Source: Minisyncoccota bacterium (GTDB taxonomy: Bacteria > Patescibacteriota > Minisyncoccia > Phycocordibacterales > UBA2100). Taken from it: a stretch of DNA of 64,000 bases. The translations under genes and the position numbers were made by a program. The notes beneath the pieces were generated by a model. That model was not told where the DNA came from and did no database searches. It saw nothing but the letters and a program-made list of their open reading frames with translations. Shown here one piece after another: positions 47,123-55,659 of the stretch. Where the stretch lies: assembly GCA_035559235.1 (NCBI GenBank), contig DATMBM010000007.1:9475-73474 (forward strand), read 5' to 3'. Numbering within the stretch: position 1 is the stretch's first letter; each line of letters opens with the position of its first letter.

Positions 47123-47895
47123 CCGCGTCGCTTTGTGCGTGGGTCAGGGAAGTCAACGATTGAAAGCGCGCGCCGCTCGACATCCGATGCGCGGCGTAAT
47201 CGGCGCTCATAATTTTTCGCAACGACAGGGAAGTAGCGCGTCTGCGAAAGCCGTGCCATCAGCCAGTCCAAAGACTCCTCCGACGTTATCCATTTTTCAG
47301 GCGTAAATCTGGACAGGTCGAATGGAGCTGAATATGCGCGCATCGATTTGCGTCCGTCCCACAAGTAGAACTCATGGAAATAACTCATCGCGAGTTCGCG
47401 CGGACTTTGATACAGTGGATCGCGATACTTCAATACGGCATGGTTTGTTTTACTGATTGCGCCCCATTTTCCGCGCACTTTAAAAAGAGCGACTGTGTGA
47501 TCCTCATCATCGTACGCAGTCGCAAAATCCATGAGAAGCGGCTTCTGGCCGTGAAAGGCGAGTGCCGCAGCCGCAAAGACGGCCCCCTCAAAGCAGTGAG
47601 CGGTCCGACGAGTAAAGACCTGATATGGAGATAGGTTGGTCTCCCCCGAAGGCTCAAAATTTATGGGCAAAGTATCCAGATAGTCCTGGATGGCGTCGGG
47701 TGATTGTAATTTCAAAAAAAGACGATGCAAATCTCGGGGGAGAATTTTTTGAATCTGTTTGGCGTATCCCACAGGGAACAGTATACAAGCATTGTTTTCG
47801 ACGCGTTTATGCGGGCCAACAATGTATAGGTCTGAATGAGGCGTGGCTGATATTTTCTCTAAGCTATATGTCGGAAAAGATATATTGTGCGACAT
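47119..47895 (-). CDS. Hypothetical protein with a CFE-motif (possible Cys-hydrolase/transferase fold)
   Basis: The RRTAHCFEGA motif is present. There is no firm family assignment. The upstream region is AT-rich. Confidence 0.45.
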   Translation of the reverse strand: MSHNISFPTYSLEKISATPHSDLYIVGPHKRVENNACILFPVGYAKQIQKILPRDLHRLFLKLQSPDAIQDYLDTLPINFEPSGETNLSPYQVFTRRTAHCFEGAVFAAAALAFHGQKPLLMDFATAYDDEDHTVALFKVRGKWGAISKTNHAVLKYRDPLYQSPRELAMSYFHEFYLWDGRKSMRAYSAPFDLSRFTPEKWITSEESLDWLMARLSQTRYFPVVAKNYERRLRRASDVERRALSIVDFPDPRTKRRG

Positions 47896-48089
47896 TTCTA
47901 TCTCGGGAACTCGGGATAGTTATCCACACCCCGCCATATTCCCTTCATATGTCAAGGGACCTTGCTTAAGTCAACTTAGAAACGTCATCTAGAAAAAATC
48001 TGGAAATTTTACGCGCAAATTTTCTCGACCTTATCAAAGCACTCCTTCCCCTGCCCCAGAGGTACGCCGGTCAAATTGGAGACCATATC

Positions 48090-48836
48090 TTACTTCCCCA
48101 GTTTCTCAAGCGCGCGCAGAACCTCCAGCGGAACCGCAAACACGATCGTGTTTGATTGGTCGGAAGAAATGTCGTTGATTGACTGCAGCGTGCGCAAATG
48201 CAAGGCACCCGGTGCTGATGCAAGAGTTTCTGCGGCTTTCGCCATGTTGTTTGCCGCAATGACTTCACCCTCTGCGCGGATGATGACAGCGCGTCGCTCG
48301 CGCTCAGCCTCCGCTTGTTTTGCGATCGTTCGTTCCATGTCTCCGGGAAGTGCGATGTCCTTCAATTCGACGTTGATGACCTTTATCCCCCACGGATCAG
48401 ACGCTTCGTCGACGACTGCGCGAATACGCTCTGAAATATTATTGCGTTCGGCCAGGAGCTGATCCAATTCCACTTCGCCCACCGCATTACGCATCGTGGT
48501 CTGCGCCAGCTGCGACATCGCATAGCGAAAATCTTCTACTTCAAGGATCGCTTTCGCGGCATCGGAGACGCGATAATAAATGACCGCGTTTACGCCGACG
48601 GAGATGTTGTCTTTCGTGATCGCCTTCTGTTCCGGAACGTCTACGGCCTTTACGCGCATGTCGACTTTTCGCATTTGCTGGAACACGGGAATGACAATGC
48701 GCCATCCAGGCTCCTTCACGCCTACAAAGCGTCCCATCGTGAACATAACGCCGCCCTCGTACTGGTTTACCTGGCGGAGGATCGCGACCAAAACACCGAT
48801 GATAATCGCCAAGAGGATGAGGATTTGGTAGGTCAT
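48090..48836 (-). CDS. SPFH/band-7 (stomatin/prohibitin-like) family protein
   Basis: N-terminal TM, an SPFH core, and a C-terminal coiled-coil (AEAERERRAVIIRAEGE). Confidence 0.9.
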   Translation of the reverse strand: MTYQILILLAIIIGVLVAILRQVNQYEGGVMFTMGRFVGVKEPGWRIVIPVFQQMRKVDMRVKAVDVPEQKAITKDNISVGVNAVIYYRVSDAAKAILEVEDFRYAMSQLAQTTMRNAVGEVELDQLLAERNNISERIRAVVDEASDPWGIKVINVELKDIALPGDMERTIAKQAEAERERRAVIIRAEGEVIAANNMAKAAETLASAPGALHLRTLQSINDISSDQSNTIVFAVPLEVLRALEKLGK

Positions 48837-49115
48837 ACCCTCATCGTACTCCTCTTATTTCCGTTGCCAAGGGCACGGTGCGGCGAAAAAAAGCGGGGTG
48901 TGGCTGATCGATTCCGACTCTGGAATATCGTACATCGATTGGTAGTAGGCGTTCACCGGGCCGAAAAGCGCGTCGCGCATATCAAAACCGAGTGCAGCTG
49001 CCGCCTCTTGTAGGTCAATGTCACCTCCCCTGCCCCTGCGTCGCGCCCACCTTCTTGAGTTTCGCCCGAATCTGGTCCGCATCCACCTGCGGGAAACGCG
49101 CCTCAAATTCCTGCT

Positions 49116-49712
49116 TCATGCGCTTTTCCACGGAATCTCGTATTGCGAGAATTCCGGCAGCAGCTTCCGTCCGTACAATAATCGCGAAATGACCTCCGCG
49201 TGGGAAAGTGCACCGGTAAGCGCATTGTGCGGTTCCGGCTCCCGCGGAATGCCGCAGTAATTGAGGACCGCGTCCAAATCAAGCGCCGAGCGGCGGTTGG
49301 TCGTGGGCGGTTGCATTCCGCGCAATATCATGTGCATGTAGCAGAGTGTATGCGTATCGATTGTGCGATATGCGAACGGCCATTCAGTGTGCCCCGCCCT
49401 CTCGGCGGCGTTTTTCAAAAAATCCCGGTCAAACGAAGGGTTTTGCCCTGCCAGCGTCCGCTCGGCCACACTGTCGCTCCAATGCAAAAACGCGTGCACC
49501 AAATCTGCTTCGCTTTGCTTTTGCGGGTCAGTAATTTGCTCCATGGTAAATCCGTTTACGGCGAGTGCCTCGTCCATGACATGCGCGCCATCCCATACAC
49601 GGCACTCCTCGTAGAAGCGGTTTGAAGGATTAGCAAAGTCCAACGCCCCGACGGACACAATTGAATGTTTGTGCGCTTCGACCCCCGAAGCCTCAACGTC
49701 GACGACAAGCAT
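49116..49712 (-). CDS. DEDDh 3'-5' exonuclease (DnaQ-like)
   Basis: Exo I (VVDVEASG), Exo II and Exo III (HNALTGALSHAEV) motifs are present. Start set at MLVVDVE. The upstream Arg-rich extension is unlikely to be real. Confidence 0.7.
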   Translation of the reverse strand: MLVVDVEASGVEAHKHSIVSVGALDFANPSNRFYEECRVWDGAHVMDEALAVNGFTMEQITDPQKQSEADLVHAFLHWSDSVAERTLAGQNPSFDRDFLKNAAERAGHTEWPFAYRTIDTHTLCYMHMILRGMQPPTTNRRSALDLDAVLNYCGIPREPEPHNALTGALSHAEVISRLLYGRKLLPEFSQYEIPWKSA

Positions 49713-49731
49713 GGACGTATTGTACCTGGAT

Positions 49732-50100
49732 TTAATCGGCGACCAAGCCTTTACAACTTTTAGACGGTACGTAGCCCGCCTTTTCCGCCGCTTCTTCACT
49801 GGTAAACCACAGCTGGTTTTCCCGTTTAATCTGCGACGCTCCCCCGCACCAGGGGTAGTGGTACACTGACCCGTTGCGCGACGCCACCACAAGGCCGCCG
49901 ACGGCCATTCCGGCGCGCTCGGTGTACACGGAGGCTTCCGTAATTGATACGACGGGCTTTGCTGCTTCCGTCGCGGAAAGGCGCCCGAGCCCGAAACTTG
50001 CGAACGCGACCAAGAAGATGGGTACGATCAGCCCCCACGCTTCGATCGCAGCCTCCGCCGCCCATTTGACCTTCAGCCAAATGTCCCGTATACTGCTCAT
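49732..50100 (-). CDS. Small membrane-anchored protein with a C-terminal Cys/His motif (HYPWCGG...SKSCKG)
   Basis: One TM (IVPIFLVAFASFGL) followed by a putative metal-binding C-terminus. Start taken at MSSIRD. Confidence 0.4.
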   Translation of the reverse strand: MSSIRDIWLKVKWAAEAAIEAWGLIVPIFLVAFASFGLGRLSATEAAKPVVSITEASVYTERAGMAVGGLVVASRNGSVYHYPWCGGASQIKRENQLWFTSEEAAEKAGYVPSKSCKGLVAD

Positions 50101-50141
50101 ACCGTGGTATTGTATCGCATACATACCTGGTCCTACACGAT

Positions 50142-50423
50142 ATGGCAACAACAAAAGCAACCGGAACAGCGAAAAACCTGCGCGATTCAAACCCGAAGTA
50201 TCTCGGCGTAAAACGAGCCGATGGCGCATCGGTCAACATCGGAGAGATCATCGTCAGGCAGCGCGGCAGCCGCATTATGGCGGGCAAGAATATCGGCGTC
50301 GGCAAGGACTATACCCTCTTTTCGAAAATCGCCGGAATCGTTAAATTCGGCCTTAAGCGCAAGACGAATTTTGATGGACGCACGGTCACCCGTTCCATCG
50401 TGGACGTCGTGCCGTCTAAATAG
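50142..50423 (+). CDS. rpmA: 50S ribosomal protein L27
   Basis: GVKRADGASVNIGEIIVRQRGSRIMAG is canonical L27. There is no N-terminal pro-peptide. Confidence 0.95.
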   Translation: MATTKATGTAKNLRDSNPKYLGVKRADGASVNIGEIIVRQRGSRIMAGKNIGVGKDYTLFSKIAGIVKFGLKRKTNFDGRTVTRSIVDVVPSK

Positions 50424-50428
50424 AGCGC

Positions 50429-50869
50429 CTAGCTCGGGATCACGTCGACCGTAATGGTCGCCTCATGCGAGCCCAGCCGGATAACCACCGGCCACGCACC
50501 GATTTCCTTGATCGCCATTTTGGGGGCTATCGCGTCTGCAGGGACGTCTATCCCCTGCTCGGCAAGTACGCGGGCAATATCTTCTGCCGCAATCTTCTTA
50601 AACAGATGCCCCTGCGTGCTCGCACGCGCGCGAACGAGCAGTGTAAAATTTTTCATCCTTCCCACGATCGCTTCCCATTCTTTTTCCTGTGCCGCTCTTC
50701 GTGCATTTTCGTCGGCAAGACGCTTTTCAAGCCCCTTGAGCGCATCGGCGGTCGCGAGTTGCGCCAGCTTGTTCGGGATGAGGTAATTCAACGCATAGCC
50801 ATCGGAAACGTTTTTGACGCTACCTTTTTGTCCTACCCCAGCTACGTCGCGAAGTAGAATGATTTGCAT
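50429..50869 (-). CDS. rplI: 50S ribosomal protein L9
   Basis: MQIILLRDVAGVGQKGSVKNVSDGYALNYLIP is canonical L9. Start at the Met 40 codons inside the listed ORF. Confidence 0.9.
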   Translation of the reverse strand: MQIILLRDVAGVGQKGSVKNVSDGYALNYLIPNKLAQLATADALKGLEKRLADENARRAAQEKEWEAIVGRMKNFTLLVRARASTQGHLFKKIAAEDIARVLAEQGIDVPADAIAPKMAIKEIGAWPVVIRLGSHEATITVDVIPS

Positions 50870-50873
50870 ACGG

Positions 50874-52139
50874 CTATCGCAGTAGTTCCACCGCCCGCTC
50901 CATCTGCGGATCGTCTCCCGCCTCGATATCCTCTTCCGTAATAGCAACCTCATAATCCGGTGCGATGCCGCTTGTCGGGATCTGCGCACCGCTTGGCATA
51001 AGCCATCGGGCGACAGTGACCTTCAGGCCGGTATCGTCGGTGATCGGCACGAGTTCCTGGACCGAACCCTTTCCAAACGTATTTGTCCCGACCAGTTCGG
51101 CACGACCGTGGTAGCGAAGCGCGCCCGCAAGGATCTCTGACGCTGAAGCGGAACCTTTGTCGACGAGAATCACCATCCTTAGGTTGTCATTAAAGACGTT
51201 GTAGCCACGGCTACGATGATCCACATTCGATTGGTTGCCCGCGTAGTCTTCGGTCACCACAAGTTGGCCTAAAGGCAAAAACCAGCTCGCCATGTCGACT
51301 GCTGCTTCCAGATAGCCACCGGGATTCCCGCGCAAATCGAGGATGAGACGCGTCGAGCCGCTTTCGATAAAGCTTCGCAGTGCGCCGCGGAACAAAAGCG
51401 GCGAATTCGAGGTGAAATTATGCACCGAGATGACGTAGATGCCGTCGCTACGGTGCTCCGTATCAATAACCGGTATGTTGATCACGTCGCGCGTCACCTT
51501 GATATCGCGCGGCTCGATCCAGCCCTCGCGAATCATTTTTAGTGTGACGTCGGTCCCCTTCGGGCCGCGAATGCGGTTCACCGCGGTCGCGATGTCCATG
51601 CCTCGCGTCGAAAGCCCGTCAATTTCCAAAATTTGATCGTTTGGTTTTATGCCGGCTCGCTCCGCGGGAGTTCCCTTGAGCGGTGAGACGACCGTGGGCA
51701 CTTCGTTCTTGATGGCGATCTCCATCCCGACGCCGGTAAATTCCCCACTCAGGTCTTCCTCAAATTGCTTTTGTTCGACGGGTGGCAAAAAGAACGTATA
51801 TGGATCGCCGAGCGATTCCGCCATGCCTTGGATCATGCCCCAGACCCGCTGCTGCTCGGGAGTTCCTTCGACGAGACCCGCCGCTTCTTTGGTAGACGTA
51901 CCGGTCGTCGTTGCGACGGATGCTGGTACGAACTTCTCATCAAGAACGGCCCATGCGCGCCAGACCGGCGAGAAATCAACGCCCTCAGGCGGTTGTTCTG
52001 CGCCGATCGCTTGCGCGACCGACGCCGGCAGCATATGCGCCGCCTTTGGCGACGAGCCCACGAGAAAGCCGCTTGCGAAGCTCGCCGACACCAACACCAG
52101 CGCTCCGGCAACAATAAAACGCGTACTGACGCTTTGCAT
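50874..52139 (-). CDS. ctpA: Carboxyl-terminal processing protease (S41) with a PDZ domain
   Basis: PDZ domain (GIKPNDQILEIDG), the Ser in GSASASE, and a Lys dyad region. N-terminal TM. Confidence 0.9.
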   Translation of the reverse strand: MQSVSTRFIVAGALVLVSASFASGFLVGSSPKAAHMLPASVAQAIGAEQPPEGVDFSPVWRAWAVLDEKFVPASVATTTGTSTKEAAGLVEGTPEQQRVWGMIQGMAESLGDPYTFFLPPVEQKQFEEDLSGEFTGVGMEIAIKNEVPTVVSPLKGTPAERAGIKPNDQILEIDGLSTRGMDIATAVNRIRGPKGTDVTLKMIREGWIEPRDIKVTRDVINIPVIDTEHRSDGIYVISVHNFTSNSPLLFRGALRSFIESGSTRLILDLRGNPGGYLEAAVDMASWFLPLGQLVVTEDYAGNQSNVDHRSRGYNVFNDNLRMVILVDKGSASASEILAGALRYHGRAELVGTNTFGKGSVQELVPITDDTGLKVTVARWLMPSGAQIPTSGIAPDYEVAITEEDIEAGDDPQMERAVELLR

Positions 52140-52196
52140 GCCACTAGTATGCCACAGCAAGGTGAATTTTCCATCAACGCATCGTTGCGGCATGCT

Positions 52197-53927
52197 ATGC
52201 TGGAGCGACTACGTACACGCATGGAACTCTTTCTCGAGATCAGTATCCTGATCGCGGTTGCTACAGGAATGGCGCTGGTGATGCGGCTGCTGCGTCAGCC
52301 GCTGATTATCGGCCACATTCTGACAGGGCTCATTGTGGGGCCGTTCGTGCTTGACATCGTTCATTCGACGGAAACCTTAGCGCTTCTGGGCGAGATCGGG
52401 GTCGCAATACTCCTCTTCACCGTCGGGCTGCACTTAAGCCCTGATATTTTCCGACAGTACGGTCGCGTGGCGATCATCACCGGCGTCGGACAAGTCGTCT
52501 TGACGGCGATCGCCGGTTACTTTGTGTGCGTTACGCTCGGTCTCAGTCCGCTCGCTTCGTTTTATGTATCGGTCGCCCTCGCTTTTTCGAGCACGATCAT
52601 TATTCTGAAGCTTTTGTCGGACAAAGGTGATCTCGATGTTCTTTACGCAAAGATCGCGGTTGGATTTCTTCTGGTGCAGGATCTCATTGCGATTTTGCTG
52701 CTCCTCGCGATACCGCTTTTTTCCAGCGGCGAGACTTCGGCAACGGACATCGTACGTTTTGTCGTCTCGGGCGCGATCCTCATCAGTTTCATTTATCTCG
52801 CATCGCATTTCTTCCTTTCACGGATCAGTTCATTTATCGAGCGCTCACAAGAATTTCTGTTCCTTTTCGCGATAGCATGGGGGATCGGCATCGACGCGCT
52901 CTTCCGGGAGTTTGGGTTCTCCCTTGAAAGCGGCGCATTGATCGCAGGTGTCGCCATCGCGTCCCTCCCGTCGCGACGAGAAATCAGTGCCCGTCTGACG
53001 CCGCTGCGTGATTTCTTTATCGTGATGTTTTTTATTTACCTCGGCGCACAGCTCCAGCTCGACGCCGTTGCCTCCTTGCTTCCGGCAGCTGTCATTCTTT
53101 CAGCCCTTGTTCTCATCGGTAACCCGATCATTCTCATGGGCATCATGGGCGCGCTCGGATACCGGAAAAAAACAAGCCTGCAGACCGGGTTTACCGTCGC
53201 TCAAATCAGCGAATTTTCGCTTATCCTTGTTGCGCTCGGCGTCTCCTTCGGGCACGTGAGCGCGGAAATTCTCTCACTCGTCACCTTAGTGGGCCTTATT
53301 ACGATATTCGGCTCGACATACTTGGTCCTGTATTCCGATCGCATTTATCGCGTGCTCGAGCCGTACCTAGGCCTCTTCGAGCGAAGTGATGCGCATGAAG
53401 CGCGTGCGAGGAGGACCTCCTTTGATACGGTGCTTTTTGGCTGCAATCGGATCGGCTATGATTTTCTTGAGGCGCTACTCCCGCTCGACAACAAACTGCT
53501 GGTCGTCGATCATGATCCTGAGATTGTTGAAAAATTGCAAAAAGCAGACGTTGCCGTCGCCTATGGCGATGCGTCGGATATTTCCTTCCTCGAGACGATC
53601 GATTTCACAACCGTCGACCTCGTCATTTCGACGATTCCCGATGTTGAGATAAACGCTTTGATTCACCGGACAGTGAGAGCGGCTAATCCGCATGCGATTG
53701 TACTCGTCGTTGCGCATCGGGCGTCCGACGCTCTTGCGCACTATGACGACGGTATAGATTATGTCATTCTCCCGCATTTCCTTGGCGGCAAGTACGCGGC
53801 AGACCTTGTCGTAAAGTACGAAGGTGACCCCGGAAAATACGAGCACCTGCGCAAGCGCCATATCGAACACTTGCAGCTGCGCATCGCAATCGGACACGAC
53901 AACGCGCCGCACAAGCGGCACGGCTGA
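52197..53927 (+). CDS. Monovalent cation:proton antiporter-2 (CPA2, KefB-like) with a C-terminal RCK/TrkA-N domain
   Basis: About 12 TM helices in a Na_H exchanger fold, then a Rossmann RCK (VLFGCNRIGYDF). Confidence 0.9.
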   Translation: MLERLRTRMELFLEISILIAVATGMALVMRLLRQPLIIGHILTGLIVGPFVLDIVHSTETLALLGEIGVAILLFTVGLHLSPDIFRQYGRVAIITGVGQVVLTAIAGYFVCVTLGLSPLASFYVSVALAFSSTIIILKLLSDKGDLDVLYAKIAVGFLLVQDLIAILLLLAIPLFSSGETSATDIVRFVVSGAILISFIYLASHFFLSRISSFIERSQEFLFLFAIAWGIGIDALFREFGFSLESGALIAGVAIASLPSRREISARLTPLRDFFIVMFFIYLGAQLQLDAVASLLPAAVILSALVLIGNPIILMGIMGALGYRKKTSLQTGFTVAQISEFSLILVALGVSFGHVSAEILSLVTLVGLITIFGSTYLVLYSDRIYRVLEPYLGLFERSDAHEARARRTSFDTVLFGCNRIGYDFLEALLPLDNKLLVVDHDPEIVEKLQKADVAVAYGDASDISFLETIDFTTVDLVISTIPDVEINALIHRTVRAANPHAIVLVVAHRASDALAHYDDGIDYVILPHFLGGKYAADLVVKYEGDPGKYEHLRKRHIEHLQLRIAIGHDNAPHKRHG

Positions 53928-53968
53928 CGCATCCTTGTCGCCGTCACGGCAACTGGTAGGATACTCGC

Positions 53969-55489
53969 ATGTCGTTCATACAAGGAATTTTTGTGGCGCT
54001 GCGTAACGCCATCCACGACCTATTGAACGGTGGAAGCCCGCGCCCGGAGGAACTAAGCGCGCCAATCGTTTTCCACAACAGTCTTTCCGGCACGCGTGAG
54101 CCGTTCACACCGCACTCGCCCGAGCGAGTCACCATGTATAACTGCGGGCCGACCGCCTACGATGTCGCGCATATCGGAAACCTGCGCTCGTACGTCTTCG
54201 CAGACACCGTGCGTCGGACGCTGCTCACAGCGGGCTACCACGTACACCAGGTCATAAACATCACGGATTTCGGCCACCTCTCTTCGGACGGCGATTATGG
54301 CGACGACAAAATGACGAAGGCCCTGAAGCGCGAAGGAAAGGAACTGACGCTAAAAAACATGCGCTTGCTCGCGGAAAAATACACCGAGATTTTTATCAGC
54401 GACCTTTCGCGCCTCAATGTCGATACCGCTGCCATTCAGTTTCCGCGCGCCTCGGACTACATCGCCGCGCAAATCTCGATCATTCAGATGCTCGAAGAAA
54501 AGGGGTTTGCGTACCGTGGCGACGATGGAATGTATTTCGACACCGGTCGCTTCCCTGCCTACGGCAAGCTCGGCAATATCAATCTCGAAGGCCTCAAGGA
54601 GGGTGCCCGTGTTGCCGCAACCAGCGCCAAACGCAACCCGACCGATTTTTTGCTGTGGAAATTGGACGCCAAGATGGGCTGGGACTCTCCGTGGGGCAAG
54701 GGATTTCCGGGCTGGCATATCGAATGTTCCGCAATGATACGCGAGACACTCGGCTGGCAGATCGACATTCACACCGGAGGAATCGATCTCATGCCGACGC
54801 ACCACAACAACGAAATCGCGCAATCAGAAAGCGCAAGCGGCAAGAAGCCGTTTACGCGCTACTGGCTGCATCACGAGTTCCTGAATATTAAAGACGAAAA
54901 AATATCTAAATCCGTCGGCAACATCATCAATCTTTCCACGGTGTTGGAGCGTGGCTATCATCCGCTTTCTCTTCGCTACCTGTACCTTACGGCGCACTAC
55001 CGCTCTCCGATGAATTTCACCTGGGAAGCGCTTGATGCCGCGCAGACGGCCTTTCTGAAACTGCGGAAATTCGTGGACGAAGTGGCGGCGCTCGGTTCCC
55101 TGCCGTCGCCATATGTCCAACGCTTTGCAGCAAAAATCAGCGATGATTTGGACACCCCTGGTGCACTTTCCGTTATGTGGAACATGCTCGGAGATAAGGA
55201 TGTCAGCCGGGAAAACGCGCGCGCTGGACTTATCGAATTCGACAAGGTGCTTGGGCTCAACCTCGCGCAAGCGGATGAGCATGCTAAGGACCTTTACCGA
55301 AAGGAATTTGGCGTTCCCGTGGGAATCCACGATGTGCCCGAACGTATCCAGGACTTGCTGACACAGCGCGAAGCCGCGCGCATGGAAAAGCGATGGGGTG
55401 ATGCCGATGATCTTAGGCAAAAAATCGAGTCTGCGGGCTACGCAGTAGAAGATACGCAGGACGGCCCGCGACTTGTTGCCAAGTATTAA
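53969..55489 (+). CDS. cysS: Cysteine--tRNA ligase
   Basis: CGPTAYDVAHIGN (the HIGH region), the KMSKS motif KISKSVGN, and the CysRS Zn ligands are present. The N-terminal 30 aa may be over-extended. Confidence 0.9.
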   Translation: MSFIQGIFVALRNAIHDLLNGGSPRPEELSAPIVFHNSLSGTREPFTPHSPERVTMYNCGPTAYDVAHIGNLRSYVFADTVRRTLLTAGYHVHQVINITDFGHLSSDGDYGDDKMTKALKREGKELTLKNMRLLAEKYTEIFISDLSRLNVDTAAIQFPRASDYIAAQISIIQMLEEKGFAYRGDDGMYFDTGRFPAYGKLGNINLEGLKEGARVAATSAKRNPTDFLLWKLDAKMGWDSPWGKGFPGWHIECSAMIRETLGWQIDIHTGGIDLMPTHHNNEIAQSESASGKKPFTRYWLHHEFLNIKDEKISKSVGNIINLSTVLERGYHPLSLRYLYLTAHYRSPMNFTWEALDAAQTAFLKLRKFVDEVAALGSLPSPYVQRFAAKISDDLDTPGALSVMWNMLGDKDVSRENARAGLIEFDKVLGLNLAQADEHAKDLYRKEFGVPVGIHDVPERIQDLLTQREAARMEKRWGDADDLRQKIESAGYAVEDTQDGPRLVAKY

Positions 55490-55491
55490 AA

Positions 55492-55520
55492 CGCAGCCCC
55501 ACGACGATGCGCGGGGCGTG
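55492..55520. terminator. GC-rich hairpin (GCCCC..GGGGC); on the minus strand it is followed by UGCGUUUU
   Basis: It lies between convergent cysS and leuS / a micro-ORF. The U-tract is modest. Confidence 0.35.
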
Positions 55521-55659
55521 GACCTAGCCGCAGAGTAACCACGCTGCGGCAATGAAAGCGGACGCCAACAGAGAACCGGTAAGGACGAAGGCCTTCATGG
55601 CCGAACCCCCCTGGCTCGCTGACGCGCGCACTTCCTATATTATATAATACATCGAGATA

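Noticed and set aside
48855-49106. 83-aa minus-strand ORF between the SPFH gene and the exonuclease
   Set aside because: Its N-terminus is Arg-rich and it has no RBS or promoter signal. It is not the NfeD-type partner usually found with SPFH proteins. It is left uncalled but could be a real small protein.
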